Positions 1 through 11,081 of a stretch of DNA of 64,000 bases are shown here, piece by piece. The position numbers and the translations under genes were made by a program. Position 1 is the stretch's first letter; every line of letters starts with the position of its first letter. The notes beneath the pieces were generated by a model. That model saw nothing but the letters and a program-made list of their open reading frames with translations, had not been told where the DNA came from and searched no databases. Source of the DNA: an uncultured delta proteobacterium (GTDB taxonomy: Bacteria; Desulfobacterota; Desulfuromonadia; Desulfuromonadales; JACZKF01); assembly GCA_963816395.1 (NCBI GenBank), contig CAWFKQ010000016.1, forward strand, positions 160,001 through 224,000, written 5' to 3'.

Positions 1-220
1 GATCTCTTTGAGATAGAATTACAGAAAAGAGTTGTTTAAATTCTTTGGCCGGATATGAATCTAGATTCATAGAAAAAATTCATTCTTGCTGATTATGAAT
101 TATTATGCATAGTGTCTGGACTCGATTTTCACGGGATTACGAATTTATTAAGACCAACCCTATCAAAATATCCGGATTATTCAACCAGATAAAATATTGT
201 GAGGGAATTTAACCAAAGAA

Positions 221-250
221 AAGCCCCACTCCCTGCTCAGGGGGTGGGGC
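221..250. terminator. Intrinsic terminator hairpin between convergent genes
   Basis: AAAGCCCCACTCCC-TGCTCA-GGGGGTGGGGC inverted repeat with an A-run on the left (U-tail on the minus strand). Confidence 0.6.
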
Positions 251-315
251 GTAACAAGACATCATGGCCAGTCTGCTCCTTCTGGAGCGGGCAAGGCGAA
301 GAGCGGGACCAGTGC

Positions 316-996
316 TTACGGATTCAGGTCGACCTTGAATTTCTCAATTGCGGCCCTGGTTCTGCTGTTTATGGTGCCATCAGCCGGCCCCGGATCATAG
401 CCGAGCTTCGTTAACAGGTTTTGAATGTCAATTACTTCCTCTTTGGAGAATTCACGGATTTTTACAGTTGAGATTGGATCGGCGGTTCTTGCTTCTGTGA
501 TAATCGTTTCACTAAGACCGGTCTTGTTCTGTTCGACCTTTTTCTCGAGAAAAGGAGAGCTTTCGTGTCCAACCTCAACGAACTTCACATATTCACTATA
601 CTTTTCCATGAATCGATCAACGTATTTTTGTCCACTCATGCTGGACTTTGATTCTATTTCAAATAAGAGATTACCCGCTTCCGATTTTCTTAATACAAAC
701 TTCATATCCGCAAAATTGGTGGTAAAAGACCGGGTGTCCCCTTGTATTGAATCTTCTCTGCTATTGAGTCCAGCTTTAATTGTCCCAGATCTCTTATCTG
801 AACTAAATATTTCGAGATCAGATTCTAATATGGCGCGATGCGCCGCTTGGAAAGACTCATCATAGGTAGATCCAAATATCTCAAATCGGCTTTTGGCCGT
901 AGGGGATAGGTTTCCAATAGATATCTTACCCATGGAGCATCCCGTCATTGCGAAAACCACCGCAGCAATCAGCATTCCTCTAAGAAACTTGTGCAT
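316..996 (-). CDS. Lipoprotein with C-terminal peptidoglycan-binding (PG_binding_1-like) domain
   Basis: Lipobox-like AMTGC; C-terminal IQNLLTKLGYDPGPADGTINSRTRAAIEKF; AT-rich. Confidence 0.7.
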   Translation of the reverse strand: MHKFLRGMLIAAVVFAMTGCSMGKISIGNLSPTAKSRFEIFGSTYDESFQAAHRAILESDLEIFSSDKRSGTIKAGLNSREDSIQGDTRSFTTNFADMKFVLRKSEAGNLLFEIESKSSMSGQKYVDRFMEKYSEYVKFVEVGHESSPFLEKKVEQNKTGLSETIITEARTADPISTVKIREFSKEEVIDIQNLLTKLGYDPGPADGTINSRTRAAIEKFKVDLNP

Positions 997-1324
997 GCCC
1001 TACCTCCTTGGGAAAAAAACGATTCGAACTGTTGGGCTATTGGTTGTTTGCGGGGTATCAGCTGGCCCCTGCCTGGATGTTCTGCCGACAAAAGGTATGA
1101 GCGCCTTTTATTCCTGAACGTTATGTGGAAATAATTAGATAAAACTATATTTATCTTTGGCTGGAAAATGAAATTGTCGGCGATTCCCTGTTATCAAAAA
1201 CCCCGAGAACTCAATTCGATCTGCATCATACGACAATCACGGAATTTGTCCAATAAGTCAAATAGGATTTCTTCAATGGCCAGGCAGGAAAAAAGAGGGT
1301 GGGCTGACGCCCGCAGCATGCCGC

Positions 1325-1358
1325 TTGACTGCAAGGCGAGGTGGTTGTATTATGCAAC
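1325..1358 (+). promoter_or_regulatory. Sigma70 promoter overlapped by a putative MarR operator
   Basis: TTGACT (1325) -17 nt- TATTAT (1348); near-palindrome GTTGTATTATGCAAC at 1344-1358. Confidence 0.65.
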
Positions 1359-1374
1359 TAAATGGGAGACTCGC

Positions 1375-1809
1375 ATGGAATATACTCTCGGCAAATCACT
1401 GGGGCTGCTGGCGACCCGTTTTTCCCGCGTCCTGTTGCGGCGTATCGATGCGGCGTTCGCGCAGCAGGGGTTTGCCATTACTGCCCATCAGTATTCGTTT
1501 CTTGTCCAGCTGTGGGACCGCAACGGCCTGCCCCAGGGAGTTCTGGCCGAGAAGACGGCGCGGGACAAGACGACCATGGCGCGGCTGGCCGCCGGCCTGG
1601 AATCCGCCAGCCTCATCGTTCGCCTGCCGAGCCCGGAGGATTCCCGGGAGCGGCTGGTCTTCCTCACGGACCAGGGAAAAGAGCTGATGGACCGGGCCAC
1701 CGCAGTGGTTCGCGATATCCTGGAGGAAGCCCAGCAGGGGATCGATGATGGACAGCTGGAGATCTGCCGGGAGGTCCTTCGCTGTGCCTGCCGCAATCTG
1801 CAGCGGTAA
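1375..1809 (+). CDS. MarR family transcriptional regulator
   Basis: wHTH pattern LAEKTARDKTTMARL...SPEDSRERLVFLTDQG; GGGAG RBS before ATG at 1375. Confidence 0.9.
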   Translation: MEYTLGKSLGLLATRFSRVLLRRIDAAFAQQGFAITAHQYSFLVQLWDRNGLPQGVLAEKTARDKTTMARLAAGLESASLIVRLPSPEDSRERLVFLTDQGKELMDRATAVVRDILEEAQQGIDDGQLEICREVLRCACRNLQR

Positions 1810-1826
1810 TTTTTTTCGGCGAAAAA

Positions 1827-1841
1827 GTTGTATGAAGCAAC
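1827..1841 (+). promoter_or_regulatory. Second copy of the putative MarR operator
   Basis: GTTGTATGAAGCAAC upstream of the MFS gene, matching 1344-1358. Confidence 0.55.
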
Positions 1842-1860
1842 TATTACCGGAGCACTCTTT

Positions 1861-3096
1861 ATGGCAATGACAACCACCGCCTCTATGATTCAGCCCGCGG
1901 ATATCTCCAGGCGGCACCTGGTCCGACTGGTGCTGATCCTTGGCGCCCTGACGGCATTCAGTTCGATGTCCATCGACATGTATCTGCCCGCCTTCCCCCA
2001 GATATCGCAAGACCTCGGGGTGCCGCTCGGGACGGTGCAGCTCTCCATTTCCGCCTTTCTGTTCGGTTCGGCTGCCGGCCAGCTCTTTTACGGGCCCTTC
2101 GCCGACCGCTGGGGGCGGCGCCTGCCCCTCCTCATCGGTCTGGCGCTCTATGTCGCCTCCACGCTCGGCTGCGCTCTCGTCCGTACGGGGGCGGGCCTGC
2201 TCTTCTGGCGGGTGGTGATGGCCGTGGGGGGAGGCGCCGGGATGGTGATCTCGCGTGCCATGGTTCGCGATCTCTACGACACCGCCGAAGCGGCCCGTAT
2301 GTTTTCGCTGCTCATGCTGGTGATGGGCATTGCGCCGATCCTGGCTCCCATGGCCGGCGGCCAACTCCTGCTGCTCACCGGCTGGCGGGGGATCTTCGGC
2401 TTTCTCGGCATTTTCGGGCTGCTCTCTCTTCTCGCGGTAGCGCTCTATCTTCCCGAGTCCCTGCCGGAGGAGCGCCGGATCAAACGCAGCCTGACGCAGC
2501 TGACGGCTCGCTATGGGCAACTCCTTCGCCATCGCCACTATCTGCGTTACGCCATCGCCCTGGGTTGTGTCGCCGGGGTCAATTTCGCCTACATCGCGGG
2601 CGCTCCGTTCCTCTTCATCGAACTGAACGGCATCACCCCCCAGCACTTCGGCCTCTTTTTCGGCGCCAACGCACTGGGACTGATCGGTGCTTCCCAGATC
2701 AACCGCCGGTTGCTGCGGCATTTCAGCGCCCAGGGCATCCTGAGCGTGGCTTTTTTCGTCAATGCGGCGGCGGGCGTTTTCCTACTGGCATCGGTGTTCA
2801 CCGGGATCGGCGGCTTTCCGGCCCAGGTCGTTCTTCTGTTTGTGGGCCTGAGCATGACCGGACTGCTCTATCCCAATGTGACGGCCCTCGCCATGGCGCC
2901 ATTCGAAAAAATGGCGGGGAGCGCCTCGGCCCTTCTGGGGACAATCCAGTACGCGCTCGGCGCCGCAGCCGGGGCGGCCGTGGGTTTGCTTCACGGGGGA
3001 ACGGCGGTACCGATGGCGGCAGTAATGGCGGGATGCGGCGCTTTGGGCTGGCTGGCGGTGGTCGGAGGAGTACTGAGACAGTCGACGGATGACTGA
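1861..3096 (+). CDS. Bcr/CflA family multidrug efflux MFS transporter
   Basis: SIDMYLPAFP motif D; GPFADRWGRR motif A; about 12 TM segments. Confidence 0.9.
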   Translation: MAMTTTASMIQPADISRRHLVRLVLILGALTAFSSMSIDMYLPAFPQISQDLGVPLGTVQLSISAFLFGSAAGQLFYGPFADRWGRRLPLLIGLALYVASTLGCALVRTGAGLLFWRVVMAVGGGAGMVISRAMVRDLYDTAEAARMFSLLMLVMGIAPILAPMAGGQLLLLTGWRGIFGFLGIFGLLSLLAVALYLPESLPEERRIKRSLTQLTARYGQLLRHRHYLRYAIALGCVAGVNFAYIAGAPFLFIELNGITPQHFGLFFGANALGLIGASQINRRLLRHFSAQGILSVAFFVNAAAGVFLLASVFTGIGGFPAQVVLLFVGLSMTGLLYPNVTALAMAPFEKMAGSASALLGTIQYALGAAAGAAVGLLHGGTAVPMAAVMAGCGALGWLAVVGGVLRQSTDD

Positions 3097-3164
3097 AGCC
3101 GTGCCTCCGGCGCCACCGGAATAAAAGGCAACCGCCGCGGCGGAGAGTGCCCCTGGTCTGTCCC

Positions 3165-4301
3165 TCAGGGGTTCTCCCGTTTCCAGAGGCGGATGCGGGT
3201 TCCCGCCCGCAGGGTCAGCAAGGGACTGTTGCCGCCGTCGACGCGCTCATAGCGCGGCGCGACCGCGGTCCCCGCGGCCTCGTGCCACTTCGCCGCTTCC
3301 AGGTACCGGCCGAGACGATCGTCGAACGACCCCGGGCAGGAGGTCAGAAGCAGCGGCGCGGATACCCTCGCCAGGATGTCCTGCACCTGATCGGGGAGAT
3401 AATAGAGCATCTCCGCCATGACCACCGCATCGGCGCGCAGAGCGGTCTGAAAAACGCTCTCCTCCCGGACCTCGACGCGTTCATCCCCGCGGAACCTCTG
3501 CCGCAGGCGCCCGGCAAACACCGGGTGCGGTTCCACGGCGCGGATCACCGCCCCCGGAACCGCTTTCCGGAGGGCCGCCGTCATGACCCCTTCACAGGCG
3601 CCGATTTCAACCATCGTCTTCAGCTTGGCCGAACCCGCGATCTCTTCCAGGACCCGGCAGGTCGCCCCTATGCGCTCAATTTCGTAAGGCGAGGTTTCAA
3701 ATCCCCACAGATCGGGCAATTCGGAGCGCATCTCGAAGCGGTTGAGCACCAGGCTCTGCAGGACTTCCCGGTAGGAAACCAAGGCGAATGCCTCCACACC
3801 CAGAGCCGCCTCCACCGGTATCCCGTAGCTGTCATCGGGGGGACGTATTTCTTTCGTATAAATTGAATTGAGCAGGTCGACCTTTCGATTCAGGTGCTCA
3901 TCCGCCAGTACCTGGACTTCCGTCGGGAGCGCGCCGCGCGCCTGCACCCGGACCGTCCCGAAAACACGGGAGGCCGCCAGAGAGACGCTGCGATGGTGGG
4001 GGTGATCGTCCTGGGGGCTGTGGGTATAGACGGTGGCGAAAGCGCCGAGCGCAGAGAGGCGCTCGACCAGGATCTCCTGCGGCAGGGGCCAGGGATAGAT
4101 ATCCGCGACCCCCAGCATGCGCCATTCCCGCGCCCCGAGCGCTGCGCAGGCCCGGGCAAATTCCACCGCCCGCTCCTTCCCCCGGCCCCGCCAGTTGCCG
4201 TCGGTGACGGCGACGACCGTCGCCCCCGGGCACCGGGAACTGAAGGTCAGGGTCTCATCGTCCGGATGCGCGACGACAACGAGCGTTCCGTTTCTTCGCA
4301 T
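3165..4301 (-). CDS. PIG-L family deacetylase fused to a NodS-like SAM methyltransferase
   Basis: AHPDDE and HPHH motifs; then DLWGFETSPYE, VEIGACEG and AEMLYY. Confidence 0.75.
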   Translation of the reverse strand: MRRNGTLVVVAHPDDETLTFSSRCPGATVVAVTDGNWRGRGKERAVEFARACAALGAREWRMLGVADIYPWPLPQEILVERLSALGAFATVYTHSPQDDHPHHRSVSLAASRVFGTVRVQARGALPTEVQVLADEHLNRKVDLLNSIYTKEIRPPDDSYGIPVEAALGVEAFALVSYREVLQSLVLNRFEMRSELPDLWGFETSPYEIERIGATCRVLEEIAGSAKLKTMVEIGACEGVMTAALRKAVPGAVIRAVEPHPVFAGRLRQRFRGDERVEVREESVFQTALRADAVVMAEMLYYLPDQVQDILARVSAPLLLTSCPGSFDDRLGRYLEAAKWHEAAGTAVAPRYERVDGGNSPLLTLRAGTRIRLWKRENP

Positions 4302-4485
4302 GGGCAGGACCTCCCCTTCGCTGCCCACCCACGGTATCTCCCCGCCGGTTCTTGTCAAGCTTGCTTCTTTCCAATCAATTAATCCTCGACAAGCCCCTTC
4401 CTTGACAAGGCGTAGCGCCCTATTACTATGAGTTTAGTCTAATCAATGATTCTGTTAATCGCCTTAACAGCTAAGAGGGTCAGCC

Positions 4486-5785
4486 ATGTGCCTCATCCGC
4501 GAAGCGCTCCAGCAGGGTCTGTCACGCCGGGCCTTCCTCCAGGGCGCGGGAGCTCTGGCCGCTGCCCCGCTTCTGGCCGGTTGGGGAGGGAAAGCCGCGG
4601 CAGCGGCAGCTCCGGGCGACCTGACCCGTCCCGGTGCAAGTAATTACCACACCAGGCTCGTGCTCCTGGGTACGGCGGGCGGCCCGGCGTGGTATCCGGG
4701 CTCGAACCGCGTGAGCGCCTCCTCGGCGCTGGTCGTTGGAGAGTCCATCTACCTTATCGATCTCGGCCATGGTGCGACCCACCGGCTGGCCGAGGCTTTC
4801 AACTCAAGCATTTTCGTGAACACGGCCGGCGGCAAGGTCGAGGAATCCCAGTCGAAATTCCTGCAGTATGCGGACGCGCTGTTTTTTACCCATCTGCACA
4901 TGGACCATACCGCGGACTACCCGGCACTTCTGCTGGTTGGCTATAATGCCGGCCTCGGTATCTCGCAGCCACTCAAGGTGTTCGGCCCCGGCGACCGCGG
5001 GCAATTGGAGGAAAACAAGACCGGCTACCGGGGGATGATCGTCGAAACGCCGAGCGGTTCCAAAACGCCTGGGACCAAAGAGATGACCAACCTGCTCTGG
5101 CAGGCGTATGCCCAGACGATCAATGACTTCACCCTGGATAACGGCTGGGTCGATTTTACCACCCTGGTCGAACTGCATGACATCGGCTGGACAGAGGAGA
5201 GCGACATCCAGATCCCGTTGCCCAGGTACGGCTCTCCGGGGCCAGATCTGCAGTGCAACCCGTATTTCATCGACCCGAACACGACCCCGTGCCCGCCGAT
5301 GGAGCCGTTCCCGGTTTATCAAGATCCCGCCAACGATGTCCGCGTCTGGGCCACGCTGGTCGATCACCATCAGGTCTTTCCCTCCTTTGCCTACCGCTTC
5401 GATACGCCGGATGGTTCGGTCGTGATCTCCGGCGACACCGGAGCCAATACCTGCGGGAATCTGAAGAGACTGGCCAAAGGCGCCGACGTCCTCGTCCACG
5501 AGGTGATCGACGAGGCCTGGATAGAGGTTCTGGCCGAAACCGGCGTGCCCGACGCCCTCATCGAGCATCTCAATTCCGTCCACACCAAGATCGGCGAGGT
5601 CGGCGGGGTGGCCGAGGATTGCGGGGTCAAGACGCTCGTTCTCAACCATATCGTGCCGGGCAATGCCCCGGTCGGACATCTGGTCAGGGCGAAGCAGGAT
5701 TTTTCCGGGGAGCTGATCATCGGCGAGGACCTGATGCAGGTCGGCATCGGCAAGGCGCGGCAGCGGCAAGTCCGGCCGTCTTTAG
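4486..5785 (+). CDS. Tat-exported MBL-fold metallohydrolase (RNase Z/arylsulfatase-like); 3' end uncertain
   Basis: SRRAFLQ Tat motif, LLGTAGGP, THLHMDH, SGDT, VHEV; ORF overruns into the next gene, probably through an indel. Confidence 0.8.
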
Positions 5786-5806
5786 GGGAGAGGAGGAAAA
5801 ACCACA

Positions 5807-7491
5807 ATGAAACTCATCCGTTGTCTCGTCCCGATCCTGTTAGCGGCCCTGGTCCCGGCGACGGCACATCTCAGGGGAATTCACCCCGGGCAAATCGTAC
5901 CTGGCCCCGGGGAGAGCGCCCGCTCTCACCTCCTATACCCTGGACGCCGACGCCTCCGGCGTGATCGAGACCGTCAACAACATCGTCAACATGACCGTGG
6001 TCTCCAGGGACGCCAACGACCTGAAGGCCGAGTACCGGGCCGGATTCATTCAGGGCAAGCTGCAAGGGGACTCCGATCATCTCGGCCAGGGACAATTGCT
6101 GGGACAACGCTTACCTGACCGACCCTACCATACCTTTCCCCAGCAGCACGGTCCGAGCGGGGACGAACTGAACAAGGCGGGCGATATTCTGAATGCGAAC
6201 TATGCCGCCTTTCTCGCGTACCTGGAAAATCCCGGGACCGACGCCGTTACGGCGTACCGCCTGAAAAGGCTCCTCTTCCGGATGCTCGGCATCTATCACG
6301 GGGTCGTGCTCGACCAGCCGGCCGATCTCGACTTTTCCGGAGCCTGGCTCCCCGACGGCAATTATTTCCAGGCCGCGGAGCTTGCCCTCGGCTATGAAAC
6401 ATCCGGCCTCTCCTTCATGGACCTCTACTACGTGAATGCCTACTGCGACCTCATGGATGTCATCACCTTTCTGGGGCTGCCTCCGGGGGCGACCAGACCG
6501 GGCGACTTCCCGGACCATTGCTCCGCCTTCCTGAAGCGCGCCGGCAGCGAGGTCATCCTGACCCACAACTCGTGGATGGGGTTCCTTTCCCAGACCATGG
6601 CGCAGACCCTCGTCGTCAACGGCGACATGATCACCTTCAATGCTGCAACGCCCGGGTTGATCGGCTCCGGCACCGATTTCGGCTACAACAACAAGGGGAT
6701 CATGTTCAACGAGACCACGCATCGCATGTCCCACACCCAGGTCAAGCCCCTGGGCCTCTTCATCTTCTGGCGCGCGGCCCTGGCGGAGCAGTTTGCCGGC
6801 TCGCATCGACGACTTCTTCGCCGCCATCTCCCTCGACAACACCGGTACCTACCTGAACGGCTACATGCTGGTGGATGCCGAGACCGGCGAGACGGGCCTG
6901 GTGGAGATGTCCTACCGCTGCTTCATCTATTACCGCTCCGATGGCGGCCCTTACTCGGTCAGCAGCCTGTCGCTGGATGGCGGCGCCTGCTCCACCGACT
7001 ACGACGGCGAGATGGTCACGCCGGACTACCTGATGGGGATCAACTACCCGGCCTCGCTGCAGGTGCGCGAGGACCTGCAGTCCAACGACAACCGCCCCGA
7101 GCGGCGGGTGCAGTTCGCTAGATGGCTGCCCGGAGTGACGAATCTGCAGATCGCCAGGAACGTCATCACCTACACCGATCCGAACAACCCCCTCTCCATT
7201 TTCGGGCGCTGGGATCTCGGCTACGGGGTGACCGATTATCCCAAGCAGATTCCGGACGGATCGGTCGACGCGAAGGTCGGGTCGACGGAAATGGTCCGTG
7301 CCTTCATGGAATTATCCGGGGATCTCGATACTTCATCCACCAATACCGGCTTCTGGATGCTCTACGGTACCCCGCATGTCAAGGGGAAGCCGTTCATCTG
7401 GAGCGAGTCGCTGTGGGACGGACAGCCGCTGCGGGATGTGCCGGACAGACTTGACGGGAAATTTACGCCGATGCCTTTGTATCTGAGGTGA
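5807..7491 (+). CDS. Secreted phospholipase B-like Ntn-hydrolase (several frameshifts)
   Basis: Signal peptide at 5807; HCSAFLK...THNSW nucleophile region, NTGTYLN and DGSVDAKV; split over ORFs 5807, 5961 and 6793. Confidence 0.7.
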
Positions 7492-7594
7492 GAGATCTCA
7501 AGCGCCAGGTTCACGCCGCTGTGAGAGGCGGTTGCGAACAGGCGGGGACCCTGTCCCAACCCTCACCAGCCCAGGCTGGAAAGGAAAGAAAACG

Positions 7595-8926
7595 ATGAAA
7601 ACCTCGACCTGGATCGGAATTTTCGGCGGCCTCATGGCTCTCGCGTTCCTGCTCAATCCCCCTGCCGTCCGCGCCCAGGATTTCAACGATCGCGGCTGTG
7701 CGTGGCCGCTCCTGTTCTCGCCCGAAGGATCCGGCAATGTGCAGGGCCCTGACGGTGCCGCCCGGTATTGGATCATGCCCTTTGAGCCGCAGTACGCAAC
7801 CATGACCATCCACGGCACCTATCCCAACATCCGGTATTTCTCCTTCGCCGCTTACGAGACGATAGGCTACGACGCTGCGAATAAAACCCAAACGGGCTTC
7901 AACCTTGTGGAACCTCACCTGTACGATGCCCAGATCGCCCCCGATCCGGGCAGCATCAACCCGTTCGTCCCACCGGGCGGTGACAGCGGCACCTATACGG
8001 TCGTCATCTCGCGCACCGGCCCGAGTTCGGGGAATACCATCACGGTTTCCTCCGACCTGGTCTGGGTCGTCCTGCGGATGTACGTAGCGGACGCCGATCC
8101 GTCCCTGAGCGGGCAAAGTCTGATGGGCGGGGTGCCGCTGCCCACCATCACCCTGTCGGGCCAGGCCGGCGCCGGCGAGGAGCTGGAGGCCTGCTTTCCG
8201 ATCAACAAATGGTCGGATATAAGTGACGTTGCCCATCTCCTCTTCCCGCCGGAGATCGATCTGAGTGTCGATGAAGGTACGCCGGCCTCCGATCGGCTGT
8301 GGTTTGCGTCACCGCTGAACCCGCCGTCGATTCTATGGCCTAATCCGGACAACAAATACATGATGATGTGGCCGGGGAACACCTACCAACCCGGGCGGAT
8401 CATGGTCATCCATGGCAAAGCTCCGGGATTCCCCGGCACCTTCGAGGGTTCGCCGATCTGGGAGCCGGCGCGGGGCTTCCGCAGCGTCGACATGCGGTAT
8501 TGGGCCGTGTGCGAGCAGGACTTTGCGCCGCCGCTTTCGCTCGTTGGTTGCGTAACCGATCTGAACGCTCGTCTTGAAGGCGGCGATTATACGATCGTCA
8601 TATCGGACGATCTGCAGCGGCCGGAGTGGCTGAGGCCCAATGTCAACTGGCTGCCGTATGGCGATGAGCAGTATCCCAAGTTCGTGGTGGTCCGCAACAT
8701 GCTGCCCGCGCCCGACTTCCCCTATGCCATCCAAAATGTCTGGGCGGCCGACGACCACGAATGCACGTTCAATCTCGCGTTCCCGGACCTTCCGGACCGA
8801 GGCGCTATCGACGAAAAGGGACCATGCGCCAAGGAAGTCATGGGCGATTATTACCCGGAGGCCGTCTGGTGCGATAAGTCGACCTTCGTGCACGGCGGCT
8901 GGCAAGCCTGCATAAAGGGTCGATAA
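7595..8926 (+). CDS. Secreted hypothetical protein
   Basis: Signal peptide ending VRA; GTYPNIRYFSF, PDPGSINPF and RYWAVC motifs; intact ORF. Confidence 0.7.
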   Translation: MKTSTWIGIFGGLMALAFLLNPPAVRAQDFNDRGCAWPLLFSPEGSGNVQGPDGAARYWIMPFEPQYATMTIHGTYPNIRYFSFAAYETIGYDAANKTQTGFNLVEPHLYDAQIAPDPGSINPFVPPGGDSGTYTVVISRTGPSSGNTITVSSDLVWVVLRMYVADADPSLSGQSLMGGVPLPTITLSGQAGAGEELEACFPINKWSDISDVAHLLFPPEIDLSVDEGTPASDRLWFASPLNPPSILWPNPDNKYMMMWPGNTYQPGRIMVIHGKAPGFPGTFEGSPIWEPARGFRSVDMRYWAVCEQDFAPPLSLVGCVTDLNARLEGGDYTIVISDDLQRPEWLRPNVNWLPYGDEQYPKFVVVRNMLPAPDFPYAIQNVWAADDHECTFNLAFPDLPDRGAIDEKGPCAKEVMGDYYPEAVWCDKSTFVHGGWQACIKGR

Positions 8927-9132
8927 CAGGGAGCGGACCGATGCCCGGAGCGGCGCAATGGGCTAGGTAAGAGGAAAGACTGTTCAAGGAGGACGACCAG
9001 ATGGGAAGAAAGCTCGCCAGAAAAGTTTTTTGTGCATCCGTGTTGTTTTGCTTCTTGTTCCTGGTCCCCCCTTCTGAATACCACGGCAAATAAGAGCATT
9101 GACCTGGAGTGCCTCCCCCAGGAGGTGGAAGA

Positions 9133-9934
9133 ATGAAAAGGGTGGGAAGTCTCGTACTCAAATCGCTCGTATTCCTGGCGATAGCTAATCTCAATGTCGT
9201 CAACGCCCAGGCTCAGAACGCACCGCAACCAGTGGCACAAGTCGGTGAAACAAAGGATAATAGCACCCATAAATTGTGATGTACCTCAGGAATTTGTCGT
9301 GTGTACCGGATGGCACGCCCTTTGTAGTGCGTCCTCCGACTGCCGAATAAATGGCGACAAGGCTGACTGCGACTGTTTGCAGGGTCAATGAAACCCATAT
9401 TGTTGAAACAAGTTCAATCCAGGATACTGCGGTCAAACGCCTGACGCAGGCCAAATGCACTGATGAGGATCCGTGCGATGTAGATCAAGCTCCTGTCTGT
9501 AAGGCCATCAAGTACGGGCATTATAAGGTGGATAATGTCAAGTATGATTGGGTATCGACTTTTTCTTACCGTGGCTGGTGCAGTCTTCTGGAGATGAAGC
9601 CAGAAGCTTGTGATCAAAGCGCACCCGGCTATACCGGGGATATATATTGGGCTGTCTGCGATGGCGCTCCATGCACGGAAAACCCGGACCCATTCGATCC
9701 GGAGAGGCCCCTGACTTGTCAGTGCCGGGTAGAGGATGGACCATTTGTCGGAATCAATGGCAGTTGCACCGGTGACAATGGGGGGATCATGTCAAGCTCT
9801 CCGCTAGGACATGGGATTTCCAAGCCAACACCTACCGGATTCCTATCCCTGGCTTGGAATACGTGCAGGGCGCCTGTGCCCCGTTGAAATCTGATCCATT
9901 GGAAGAGCACCGCCGCGACCGCGAATCCCGCTAG
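9133..9934 (+). CDS. Cysteine-rich secreted protein (frameshifted)
   Basis: GGAGG RBS, signal peptide MKRVGSLVLKSLVFLAIA; Cys-rich segments continue through ORFs 9194 and 9351 to TAG at 9932-9934. Confidence 0.6.
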
Positions 9935-10083
9935 AAACAGGAAACGCTCGTCGATCGCTGGGAGCACGCTATTTATGGGCGGTTTTTCAGGGCAATTTTT
10001 GAATGATTTACTTGCAATTTCCGGCAATTGTAAGGGGGATGGGGAAGGGTGTGCCGGGAAATGCCGGATAACGGGAGGACGCC

Positions 10084-10500
10084 ATGAACAGGGATGAGGT
10101 AATCGACTATATCGATTTATACAGTAGCGGAAGGTTCGAAGAAGCCGTCACTGCCTGTTTTACTGAAGATGCCTCCTTCTGGACTACGAGGATCGCCCTG
10201 CGCGGCACCCGGAAGATCATCGACTGGCTGACTGCCAGTCATCTTGGCTATAGCGAGAAGTTGACCCCGGTCGGCCTGGTCGTCGAACCCGAAGGGGCCG
10301 CAATCGAACTCGAACAGGAATTCCATGCCCACGAGGATATGTCCCATTTCTTCATACAACCCATGAAGAAGGGCGAAGTTCTCAGAACACGTGGCGTCTC
10401 CTGGTTCCTGAAATTCAGGGAGGGGAAAATCTGTTCCTCAAAGGAATATCGGTTGCTCTATCGATGCGATCCGAGGCTGTTCATGACAAAATCCCGGTAG
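10084..10500 (+). CDS. SnoaL-like/NTF2 family protein
   Basis: FTEDASF...GTRKIIDW...FREGKI pattern; 138 aa. Confidence 0.75.
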   Translation: MNRDEVIDYIDLYSSGRFEEAVTACFTEDASFWTTRIALRGTRKIIDWLTASHLGYSEKLTPVGLVVEPEGAAIELEQEFHAHEDMSHFFIQPMKKGEVLRTRGVSWFLKFREGKICSSKEYRLLYRCDPRLFMTKSR

Positions 10501-10589
10501 GGTCTGTCGCACTCAGGCAAGTTTTATTTACGAAACCTACTGGAACGGTGCTGGCCCCTGCGGACCGCCCCCCGATAAGGAGGCTGTTT

Positions 10590-11048
10590 ATGACAGAACA
10601 GGAAGCAAAATTTTTTTTACATGGTATGTTCAGTGCTTTTAATAATGCAGATTGGGATCTTCTTTATAGAGAATATATGTGGGACGACTGCTTGTTCATT
10701 AATGGGGAAGGTGCGTTTAGCGGAAAGAGTCATACCGTTCAGTATTACGATAAGATGTTAAGAATTGGCAGAAAAGAGACACTACATGATCCTTTTAACG
10801 TCTTCGTAAAGAATAATTGGATTGCTGCGGAGATTTTTCTCGACTGGGATTTTACCATCGATACATTCTATGCTGATATGTCATTCAATAAAGGAGACAA
10901 GGTCACATTAAGAACAGCGGAAACTTATATGCTGAGAGGTGACAAGGCGGAGAGAATTACTATATATCGTCTTTGTCCTTGGGTGCTTACGCCATGGCGC
11001 GATAAATTGGATGAATTTGAAAAAATAGTAAACAATGTTCCTAGGTAA
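10590..11048 (+). CDS. SnoaL-like/NTF2 family protein (AT-rich)
   Basis: AFNNADWD...YMLRGDKAERITIY; AAGGAGG RBS. Confidence 0.7.
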   Translation: MTEQEAKFFLHGMFSAFNNADWDLLYREYMWDDCLFINGEGAFSGKSHTVQYYDKMLRIGRKETLHDPFNVFVKNNWIAAEIFLDWDFTIDTFYADMSFNKGDKVTLRTAETYMLRGDKAERITIYRLCPWVLTPWRDKLDEFEKIVNNVPR

Positions 11049-11081
11049 AATGCCGGGATCGTCGATGATGAGGAAATAATT

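Noticed and set aside
1030..1135. Possible attC or dif-like site (GTTGGGC...CGTTATGTGGAAAT)
   Set aside because: No matching RYYYAAC/GTTRRRY pair in the right orientation, no proper XerC arm and no integron integrase in the window.
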